From positions 16,616,001-16,680,000 of the forward strand of contig NC_087436.1 in NCBI RefSeq assembly GCF_036321535.1: a stretch of DNA of 64,000 nt. Direction: 5' to 3'. This DNA is from Camelus dromedarius. Lineage: Eukaryota. Positions 48,846-59,644 of the stretch are shown in pieces. How positions within the stretch are numbered: position 1 is the first letter of the stretch; each line of letters starts with the position of its first letter. The notes beneath the pieces are model-generated. The model did no database searches. It was not told the DNA's origin and saw nothing but the letters and a program-made list of their open reading frames with translations. The position numbers were made by a program, and so were the translations under genes.

Positions 48846-51621
48846 TTTTGTTCTTTAAAGTATGTGTATGTATTGCTTTAATACAAATTTTAAAAATTAT
48901 AAATTTTAAAAAGAAAAAAGCAATGCATCATTTTTTAGTCAGTGTATAGAAATATGTCATGATTTGAAACCTAGGCTGTTTGCTATGATATCTTCCTTTG
49001 CATAGTTCTTAAATTATTGTGGGACTGGTGGAAGTTTTAAGTAAGGAATTCAATTATGGATTATCTTAAGTATTTTATTTATCATTAAAAAATTGAGAAT
49101 CCAAAACTTTTGTTTCCTAAATGAGTTGCTTAGAGGGAAAAAAAACAAAACAAAACTTTTCCCTACTCCTCACTCTCAAAAATGTTTCTAGATTTTTCTT
49201 AGGCCTTTGACATTATGATTATATCACTGAAAATAAATAACAGATGAATTAAAATGGACTCTAAATCTCAAATTATATGAAAAAACAGATCAAATACTAT
49301 TTTGCTAATTAGCAAAATTTAACAAGTTGTTTTACAGATTATTAACATTGTTTTCCCCCTTATAATTATAGTTCCTAAAAAAGAGGGTAGAATGGGGAAT
49401 TGGTAAAAAGGAGGAGGAGGAGAAGGAGAAGGAAGAAAGTGGGAGGGAATTAGATGCTTTGGGTATAGAAATCACTCTTTCCTATATTGCCAAGAAGAAT
49501 TGAGTCCTTTTTCCTAAATGATTTTCCAGGAAGAATATACTATATATTATGTAAAATTTGTTTGCAAAAGGACTTCTGATTTTTCTGAATGTAATTACCC
49601 ATCCAAAAGCCAATGAAATGTATATTTCAGACCAAAGGAGAAGAAAATTGGTGTTGTTTCCACTATGTTGGTGGCAGAACTCAGGCGATTTCAAATAAAT
49701 CTCATATTTTTTAATGCAAAATTTTATAGCCAAGCTTCATGCCTAAAATCTAGACAATTACACTCCAGGATTTCAACTAATGAGTACCACATGTGAGACT
49801 CAGTAGCTTCGGCTGCAGGGCGGAGAATACTGTGTTAAAGCCATTCGGGTAATAAATAGCTATCTAGGTCCATTTCAGCTGGAGCAAGTCAACTGTATTG
49901 AATGTGAGTGAAACATTAATTCTTTATAAGAACATACCCAATTGGCAGACGCTTTGACATGTAATACACTTTAGTTCACCATTCTGCCCCCGTGGAATCA
50001 TTTTATCCTTTGCTTGAGTCTGCACTTAGGTGAATGCCTGTCTCCAACCTTCTGAATCTGTCTTTGGGGTATCACTTACATGTACTTACAAAACATACAT
50101 TTTTAAACAGACATGTGAATGAGAATGGCTCTAGTTTTTTGAAAGTATTAGTTTGTCATTATTTCTGTTTGTTCAACAAATATTCTGTGGCTTTCTTCTT
50201 CCCTCTGGGGCTGCCTCTCGGCTTCCTTTCCCCATCCTTGGGACTTTGACAACTTTCCCCTCTGTTTTTTTTTCAAGTCTTACAAAAACAGAGGAAAGAG
50301 AATATTACATGTTAGTATTGGACACAAAGGACACCTGGGGCTTGTTTCGGCTCCAGGATTAAAAAAAAGAATTCAAGAAATGAAGAGAAAGAGGCAGATC
50401 TGTTTCAGACAGGGCTGCCCCGCTGGAGAGGTCATCCTCCTGGGACAAAGTCTTGCTTTTGAAAGCCACGCTCGGGAAGGAGCAACTGGAAATGTGGAAA
50501 GGAATAAATCTGTCAGACTCATTTTCCTTTCTGTTTGACACTGGAGTTGTTTTTGTTTTCTTCCCCCTCCCCTTGGATGGAAGCCAAATGTCCCCGTGGC
50601 TGGTAGGAATCCCTTAACCAGAACAGTGAGGGGCAGGTGGGGGGCAGAGATGGAGAACGCAACGCTCTCCAAGCTCTGGCTGACACACTTAATTTTCCTT
50701 AACTGCAGACTTTCATGACGTAGTTAACTCCTTAACCAGCATTTCCCTCATACTTTTTACCATGCAATTGTGAGCTAATTTCATTTTGTTCAAATTTTGA
50801 AATATATATAAAATATTATATAATATTAGTATCTATTATATATCATTATATGTTCATAATATTTATAACATGTAAGCATGTTTCAAAATTTGAATGGAAT
50901 GAACTTATATGTATCATTGATATGATACACATATGAAGAATATTCTTTTTGGTTATATATTTAGTACTTTATAGAGATTAACACTAGTCTTAAAAACTAT
51001 TCTAGAAGATATTTATATCACCGTTATAAACTTGAGCAAACTGATTTAAACAGGGAGTGGGACTTATTAAGTCTGTAGACCTACTGGGGAGCTGGGACGC
51101 TGCAAAGCCCTTCAAGATGCAAGTCCATTTCTTCTCTCTCCATCAGTGGTTCCTAAATGGGCCTCCAAGGAACTCTTGGAGCTGCCCTGCTGGGGGAGGT
51201 CAAGTGAGGGTTCAGCTCACCCCGTCTTGATCCCTCCCCTTGAGAACAACACCAAAGTTTACCTATTTTATTTGTTTATGCTTCTGTGCGATATTTTGAA
51301 GGATAATGGATTCCAATCCTCTCTCTTGTCCTGTTTTAAGAACTCTGTGCTACACCATGCTTAGCAATAACGTGGTTAGTTGCAACATGGAGTAGATCTT
51401 TGCCTTTTATAGGATGAGCCTTTGACGTTTCTTGCTTTTGTTAATGACCCCCGTGGTCATGTGAGATTGTGCTGAAGCACACATCTGAACTTCAAGTGCT
51501 GAGAGGCTGCTTGGGAGAGAGCCAATTAGCTAGGGAGAGAGTCTATAAATACAGACCTGCAGCTCGTCTTGGCTTTGTTGTTTATGATAACCTGGGCAGA
51601 TGGTATTATCTTGGCTTTAGG

Positions 51622-51836
51622 TCAGGGGTTAGCACGTTTTTTCTGTAAAGGGCCAGATAGTAAATATTTTAGGTTATGCAGGCCATACGGAGTCACTGTT
51701 GAATCTTCTTCCTCTTTCTCTCTCTCTTTTTTTTACAACCTCGAAAAGTGTAAAAATTATTTTTATCTGGAGGGAGTCCTTAAAAAATAGTCCGAGGAGG
51801 CTGGATTTTGCCCATGGTCATGGCTTGCCAACTCTT
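51622..51836. mobile_element. MER58-like hAT MITE
   Basis: caggggttagcacgtttttctgtaaagggccagatagtaaatatttt...ggctggattttgcccatgg...gccaactcttg. Confidence 0.85.
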
Positions 51837-52544
51837 GTTTTTGGTAATAGTATCCTTACTTTTAAGATTAAGCATCATAGCTCAGAGAGGGGAAGTAACT
51901 AATCCATGTCACACAGCTCACAATCAGGCAGACCTTGGTGTGTTCAGCTCACAGTCTGTTTTCCTTTGTACTTTATACTATAGTCTATTTCTTAAAAGCT
52001 TTCCTTTCCCATTCCTCAGAAGAGTAGAAACACCAGTTTTTTTGTTTTGGTTTCCATCATTATTTTCCTTGAACCTCTTACGACAAGAAACACATCCAAG
52101 AGAATGGCCCCATTGCTCAGAACCGTGATGAAAAACTAATGTGAAACAGAACATAGAACCCAGGTTAGGGAGCAGAGTTCTGGTCTTGCCGTTGTCAGGC
52201 AATAAAATTGACACTTAACAAACATCTCAGACCTGGGGATAAAGTGACTTTTAAGTAAACTGCATTCAATTTAACATGTACTTTTTTGTTCACCAATTTT
52301 TAAGAACAAATTCAACAACATCAAACAAAAGTTCCAGGCAAGCAGGCTCAGGAAGGAGTACGAGCAGACAGCTGGGCGCCTCCCTGAAACACTCTGCTCT
52401 GTAGCCTCTAGCCTCAGCTTCAGGATTTTTGTGGGTCGTTCCCAACATCCCCTGACCCCAGAGCAGGGATGAGACAACAAAGGAATTAAGGCTCTTTCCT
52501 GAACCTGCTGGCTTGTTCTGTTCTGTGTAAGGGGGAGACAGGAC

Positions 52545-52722
52545 TGCTCGGGGGTTCAAAGCCTGGCCTGGCCCTGTGTCCTGGCTCTATATTACCTCTG
52601 CATTGTGTGCACTGGGCAATTACTTAATCTAAATACCCTCCCTGCCTTCTGTGTACGTGGGACCCGCAGTGCCTCCCTCACAGACTACGTGGATTCAGTG
52701 AGATAATGCACGTAAAGCAGTG
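52545..52722 (+). mobile_element. MIR SINE
   Basis: ctgggcaattacttaatct...ggattcagtgagataatgcacgtaaagc. Confidence 0.75.
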
Positions 52723-53261
52723 AGCCGCAGGAGTGCAGAAGCCTCCGCACCTGGTCTTCGTGGTGGCTGCCACCCCATCCTCCCAGCAGGTCACTGGCAG
52801 GCCTCCCGGGCTAGCACGCTTCACATGGACTTTTCGGTGGTACCGTCTGCTTGGCTTCCAAATGCGGCCCCGTCCTTTTTATTATCTTTTTTTGTTATTG
52901 TTTTTGGATTTTCCTAACCTCCGAGTTCTGGGAGCTCAAGACCAGACTGATGCCCTCCATTCCCAGGCCCAGTTCTTGCACTCCCAGAGGGCGGGGGAAT
53001 GGATGAATGAATGAATGAATGAATGTGTTCTTGCTTAAATTCACTAGGTTAGTATTTGGGTTAATTGATTAGTTAGAGAACTTAAGAACACATCATCAGG
53101 CTAGGTCAGAGGCACATGCATAAGAGATGCATGCGTATTCAGCACGGCATGGTGTACGGGATCTAGGAAATGGAACGATTGCTCCAGTGGTGTGTGTGAT
53201 GGATTGACACTGGGCGAAACTGGAAGACTGGCGCCGAGAGGCCATTTTAGCAATTTAGATT

Positions 53262-53438
53262 CCAGAGCAGCATTCCCAAACTGCCAGATCCTAAGCGTCC
53301 CCTGGGGCTCTTTGAACGCACACATTCCTAGATGGCAGCATAGACCTACTAAGTTGGAGTCCAGAGGAGAACCTGGAGCCTTTCATTTCAACAAGTCTCT
53401 CCAGTGAGTCTCAGGACGATCAGTTTTGGAAACACTGT
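53262..53438. mobile_element. MER5-like hAT MITE
   Basis: cagcattcccaaact...tttcaacaagtctctccagtgagtctc...agttttggaaacactg. Confidence 0.7.
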
Positions 53439-56120
53439 GGCAGAGCAAATGGCCATTTATTCAGAGATGCGGAGATGAGAGCTGCTCCCGTGAACCTTGA
53501 GCAGTCACAGTTGGGACGTCAGTGGCCTTCAGGTAAAGCAGGTGCCCCGAGGCCCCACAGGACGCCTGGAGGCTGCAGGGCCCGGCAGGAGGCAGTTTTG
53601 CTCCTCTGTCCTCTGGGTGAACATCGTCTTTCTCTGCATATTTGTAAGACTATGCTTTCAATCCCCACTGCACGCTACAATCACCCCGCAAACTTAAAAC
53701 ATACTAATTCCTGGATTCCATTCCAGACCAATTTCAGCTGGGACCCTGGCTTTTCTTTTCTTTCTTTTTTCCTTTTTCTTTCTCTTTTTTTTCATTCCCT
53801 AGTCATTCAGATGTGCCCGGGATGGAGAATTACTGCCCCGAGCACCATGTGCATCTTTTGTAGTCCAGGGATTATCTTTATTTCCAGAATAAACTTCTGT
53901 AAGACATTTTACATGCACTCTGTTCTGGCTGTTTTTATATCCCAATGGTCTTTCAAAGGGTCAAAACCTGCGCTCTTGGTTCACACCAGCTTGGGGGGTG
54001 GGTGTGACCGTGAGACAAGGCGGTGCTTGGCTCTCCCTCCCTGCATTGTGATTATACAATGAGGCTTAAGGTAGTGGCTGAGGGCTGTTTTTCAGATGGA
54101 AAAGCCCTTGCTCAGGATAACTGCAAGCTGGGTATATGAGCCCACCTGCGGCCCTATGGTGGCCGCTGAGGCCCTGCAGGGGAAACTCTGAGCCCTGTGG
54201 GGCCTTGAAAAGCCCTGTTTGAAGGAACAGCCAGGCATGGGAAGCTCTCAGCCGGCCAGGATGCTCTTCTGCAAAGAGTCACAGACAGTGGGGAACAGCG
54301 TTCCTTCTGCATCTTGCCTTCCAAGGGGCTCTGGCCACACGTCTGGGGGAGTCCTGCCCGTGGTGAGTTACTGGCCGCTGCCCTAGGCCTCTTTCCTGTT
54401 TTCCACTTTGTGGCTCCAAGAAGCCCCCTGAGGCACTCAGGCTGGTGAAGTGATGATTAAAGATGTCATAACAACTAAACCACAAGGGCGTTTATGAAAT
54501 CCAAACCTTGAAAAAGTAAGCCCGCAAATGGTGACATCATTTTAAAATGGTAGAAACTTTGAAACAGCAAAATGGCTGCGAACTATGCTTTTTCCACCTA
54601 CTACGTTTACTACATTATTTTTTTTAACCTAAATCTTATACATTCAGATTGTCTTATTGATTTCTAAAATACTGGGTACTTTGTAGCAAAGAACGTAATT
54701 ATTCTCAAAGGCTAGGGGGCACCTAGAAGCATGTCCTGTGGAAGGCTGGAAATATTAACAGCAAATCCACAGCAACCGAAGAAACAGGAGCCAGTGGGTT
54801 AGGAAAACCAATGTCAAAGAGGTTAATGCCGCCTCACCCAGCAGATTCACTCACAGGCCTGTCTGCTTAATGGACCAGGGCTGGCAACTGTCACATTGAG
54901 AGAAGACAGAAACAACACGTACGTTTCAACTTGAATGTTTTGACCATAAAACTTGCAGCTGAAGCAACTTTCCATTAACTATCATTAACAGCAGGCTTCC
55001 CTTCGTCCTTCCCACCAAACAGGCTCCACGGTGAGGAGTCGATGGCTTTCTGTCAATAATTCTCCCTTACAGAGATTCTGTTTCAGCTGCCGGGGTCCAG
55101 CCCCTTCAACATCCTTTAGGTCCCATGTTGTCCCTTATTTTCGGAGGTGATGAGGCAACTGACTTCATGATGATTTGGGACAAACTAAGACATATGTTGA
55201 TGTGGTCATTAAGTACAGCATCCATCAACTGTCCAGTTAAAATCAAAATATGGAAAACAGGAGGCTACACGTCTCAGACGTTGACTTGAGCAGCCAGCGT
55301 TTCACAAACCCAAACGGAAAGCATATTCTGATTTCATGGCTTACCTTTTTTTTCTTGCATCCTCTATTTTTTTTTTTTTTAACATTTTTAGAAAAGGAAA
55401 TTCAAAAGCTGTTTTGTGTCTTAATAGTAAGTGTTTATAATAATCAGTCCCAATGTGACAGTTGGCTTTTGTTTTCTGGTGTGCAGGCCTGTATTTTTTT
55501 ACTTTGCATCCAGTCATGATCCTGATCATGACAATGGCTGTGCTTATACGTCAGGTCCTGTTTCAATCACTTTACGCCTGGAGCTCTTACCCCAGCCTAG
55601 AGATAATACTTTCCATATTTGAAAATAATTTATATTGATTTGTCCCTTAAATTATTCCCTTTAACCTCAACCCAGGGAGTAGGCTAAACTCTGATGCTGT
55701 TTCTCCAGGGAGGGAAAAAGTGATTAGAGAGAACGAATGTGGTAATCTCGCGTTTCTTGACTATTTTGGGTCATGGGCAAAGGTCTTGAAAGTAAGGCTT
55801 TTTGGTCAGAGAGACAGGATTTCTACATTCCAAAGACCCACCTTTTATATCTCAAGGGTCAGGTCTAGCAGAAGAAGGGAGTCCTTGAGTCATAATTAGA
55901 CCTAACGGCTGAATAGTGTGGTTTGATGGCCCCCAGAATTGAAACGATGCTGGGAAGTCCAAGGCAGAGGGGAGAGGAGTGTGAGTCTGCCCCTCCACAT
56001 GTGGTGTCTGGATAACGATGATGAGGAGAAGCAAGGAGGGAGGAGTCAGGGAGGCAATCAGACATCCAGGTGTGACGTGGCATCCCTGATTCCCCTCACA
56101 TCCCATAAAACCCCAAAGTG

Positions 56121-56122
<2 letters not shown>

Positions 56123-56157
<35 letters not shown>
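56123..56157. repeat. (GT)17 microsatellite
   Basis: Read directly. Confidence 0.98.
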
Positions 56158-56162
<5 letters not shown>

Positions 56163-57452
56163 TACAGAGGTTGAAGCCAAGTGCAGAGAGGTCCTGGCTT
56201 CTTCCCCATTTGGTACCTCGAGAGCAGCTACAATCTGGTGATGTCAGGGCATGACATGGTTAGGCAGAAGAGCCTGACTTTGGCCCCTCCGAGACTCCTT
56301 ACTTCCCACATGAGGTGGAGGGCATCAGATATGCTGTGGACGGTGAGACAGGCTGGTACCCTTACCAGGAATGTGGCTGCAATGGGGGTGAGGTGATCTT
56401 GAGACTAAAGGCTGCAGGGTGGACCACCTGGCCTGGGAATCAAAGCCCCGTCTCAGGAGGCATGTTCAGCTGAGAAAAGGGCTGGGGCTGATGTCGCTAA
56501 ATCAGCAGGGAGGGCTGGAGTGTCCTGAGGGATGAGAGTGGACGTCAGCAGGGTGAGTCTGACCAGGTGCATGAAATACACCCTCACCTTCCTGCCGGCA
56601 AGGACCCGGGGACACCCCAGTGCCTCCAGAACGGCAAAGTTTTCCACCCCATCCCAAGATGCCACCTTGGGGAGGAGAAGGGAGGGTTTGGAAGGAGAAT
56701 ATTTGGAAAGACTGAATTTTATTTAGAACTATTGCAAACTGAAAGCAGGCTGCCTAATGAGAAATTACTCGGTATTATTCTTCAGCAAGTTTAAAGTTTT
56801 CCTTTACCCACAAGAAGGGTGGAGGTTGGTAAGCTAGATTAGCTAGAAAATAAAAAAAATAAAGAAGCTATATTTTCCTTGTATATCTCAGTATAGTGTG
56901 AATAAATTGTGCCCCACTACAGCTCTGTAATATGTCAAATGGAAAGAAACGACCTTCTACATTTGTCTCAAGAACAGATAAAGATTGATATCACTCAAAA
57001 TTGATAACTTGGAAAGATCGCGACTTCTTAAGATGCTGCATTTTCGTATGTTTCAATTTATACATTCATTTCAGAGATTGTAACAGATATTGAGACATGG
57101 AATGCATTATCCAGCCCCTTCCTTTTGCTCCTTCTCATATCTCTCCAAGTGTTCTTCATCTTTGTCCCTTGCTCAGAGAGTGGTATGTCATTAAGCATGG
57201 GAAACAGGCTTTCCACTGCAGTGACCACACTGTGGGGCCTCAAAGGAAAATTCCTTTTGAACACACTTAATAAATGACTCTCTGAGGCAGGACATCGGGA
57301 AAGATCCCACATATGTAACAGCAGATGATAAATTCTGGTAATTTACATCCATAGGTCACTCTAAGGACATTTCTGATTTATGACTTTGAACTGAGAAAAA
57401 TCTAACTCAATTCAGAATCTTAGCAAGGCAGAAGCAAAGATGTAGCGCTCAT

Positions 57453-57471
57453 GTCTGCCATCTAGTGGAAA
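57453..57471 (-). promoter_or_regulatory. CTCF core motif candidate
   Basis: The minus strand reads TTCCACTAGATGGCAGAC, matching the CTCF core CCACYAGRKGGCR in non-repeat sequence. Confidence 0.6.
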
Positions 57472-57862
57472 AAAGAGGTAAATACAGCCATACCTTCAGG
57501 ACTGAATGCAATTGTCTTGTCACCTTGTAAATACTGTCCTCCTGACGTCTCTTGTTAAAATTCCTGAATTCACAGAAAAAATAGTTCTATGAATTTGAAG
57601 TTCTGAAATATAAGAATCGCTCTTATAGGGTTTTTTGCAGTTGGATTTTTAAAAATCAGCTCACGTTTAGTACTTGAAAACAGGAGGGTCTGGAGTTAAT
57701 AAAACAAGGATAAAAATGATACCCTCATGCTGACATCTTCTTCTTCATAACTAAATCCTCTTCTGATTGGAGTTTGTGGGAGTACACTGAAAGAAGCAGA
57801 AATTTCCTTGAGAGTTTAGAGTAAGGTTTGGGCTTACAGAGCAATGAAATTCAGGGTCAGAG

Positions 57863-57969
57863 AGGGTGGCCATTGTTTTGGTTTTCCTTAGGCTGAAGGA
57901 TTTCCCAGGATGGATTTCCCGTGCCACAACGGGGAAAGTCTTGGGCAAACTGGGATGGTCGGTGACCCT
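57863..57969. mobile_element. MER94-like hAT-Blackjack MITE
   Basis: Terminal inverted repeats agggtggcc ... ggtgaccct, and internal ttgggcaaactgggatgg. Confidence 0.8.
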
Positions 57970-58139
57970 GGTCCATTTTACCAAAATGTACACTGAAGAG
58001 GCTGTTTGGAAGCAGTAGTTTCAATCTAGATAAGGCAAAGCGGGCAGAGGATATTTGCAAATATTTTCTTCTCTTTCTTTTCACTTAATCTGTGTTCATT
58101 CTCAGCAAAATCTGTGCTTTTGTGAGAGTATAAAAGAGC

Positions 58140-58490
58140 CACTTTCCGATACACTGGGAAACCGGAGGCAAGCTTTCTATCCAGGAACATCTGGTGCTGG
58201 CCCTGCATTCTTCTGTTTCCTGGAAGAGTGTCTATAGAACTGGTATTATTTCTTCCTTAGCTTTTTCATACAATTAATCAGTGAAGCAATTTGGGGTACT
58301 GAGCTTTGAAATACCAGTAAGCTTTGGTCATTTATTCCTTCAAGGAATTTGTCCATCTTATCTAAACTCTTTTTTTTTCTGTTGAGTTATAGTCAGTTTA
58401 TGATGTGTCAATTTCTGGTGTACAGCACAATTTTTCAGTCATACATGAATCTCATCTAAATACTTGAATTTATTGGCATAAGTTGTAAAT
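58140..58490 (-). mobile_element. Old LINE-1 ORF2 fragment with a nested ~80-bp younger L1 3' end (about 58371-58448)
   Basis: atcagtgaagc...ttcaaggaatttgtccatc | insert | ...gaatttattggcataagttgt, with imperfect TSD atcttatctaaactctt / atctcatctaaatactt. Confidence 0.8.
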
Positions 58491-58519
58491 CAACCACATG
58501 TCAATAAAAAGAATATAAT

Positions 58520-59372
58520 ACAATGTTATTAACTATAATCATCATGCTGTATATTAGATCTGTGGAATTTCTCTCATAAATGGAAGTTTGTACCTTTTGA
58601 CCACCTTCACCCATTCTCCCTGCACCCGCTCCCCGCCTGTCCCTTAGCCCCACCACCTGTCTCTGGCAACTACCAATCTGGTCTCTGTTCTTATGAGTTT
58701 GGTTTCTCTAGATTCCACACATAAGTGAGATCACATAGTATTTGTCTTTCTCTGTCTGATTTATTTCACTTAGCATAATGCCCTCAAGGTCCATCCAGTG
58801 TTGTTGCAAAAGGCAAGACTGTCTTCTTTTTTTAATGGCTGAATAATAATATTCCATTGTGTGTGTGTATACATACCGTGCTTTCCTTACCCATTCATCC
58901 ATCAGTGGACACTTAGGGGTATTTCCATATCTTGGCTATTATAAATAATGCTGCAGTGAACATGGGAGCGCAGATAACTCTTCAAGATCCTGTTTCACTT
59001 CCTTTGGATACATACACAGAAGTGGACCTGCTGGATCACATGGTAGTTCTATTTTTAATTTTTTGAGGAACCTACATACTGTTTTCCACAATGACTGGAC
59101 TGATTTACATTACCACTCAATGGCGTACAAGGATTCCCTTTCCCCCACAACCTTGTTAGCAATTATCTTTTGTCTTTTTTGATAATAGCCATTTTAACAG
59201 GTGTGAGGTGATACCTCACTGTGGTTTTGATTTGTGGTTCCCTGTTGATGAATGATGTTGAGCATCTTTTCATGTACCTGTTGGCCATCTGTATGTCTTC
59301 TTTGGAAAAATGTCTTCGTGGTCCTTTGCCCATTTTTAAGTTGGATTATTTGTGTTTTTGCTATTGAGTTGT
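58520..59372 (-). mobile_element. LINE-1 (L1MA-like) 3' region
   Basis: Track ORF 58708-58902 (WMDLEGIMLSEINQTEKDKY) and aacaggtgtgaggtgatacctcactgtggttttgatttg. Confidence 0.95.
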
Positions 59373-59644
59373 CCCCATGGGAGGTAGTTATGGCACAACT
59401 GATCACTTATTTTAGTAAGTATTAAAATTATATTAAAATGTCTTTGTATTTATACTTTATGCACTTGGAATAATTTTTTGCACTCACTGAAAACAGTATC
59501 AAGTTCATTAAAAAATTCTAATTTATAGTTTATAAAATAGTGAAGTTTTATTGCAACTTAGCTACCTTTGTTGAGTTGCTCTGCCCTGAGCAAACTTTAG
59601 GGCACATCTGAATCACCTGGAAGGCTTGTTAAACCCAAGGTTGC

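Noticed and set aside
53475..54062. 195-aa ORF
   Set aside because: It runs through a MER5-like remnant and a T-rich simple repeat, with no recognisable homology.
57074..57188. Plus-strand exon candidate encoding a hydrophobic, signal-peptide-like stretch
   Set aside because: The hydrophobicity follows from the pyrimidine-rich composition, there is no in-frame ATG, and the acceptor is weak.
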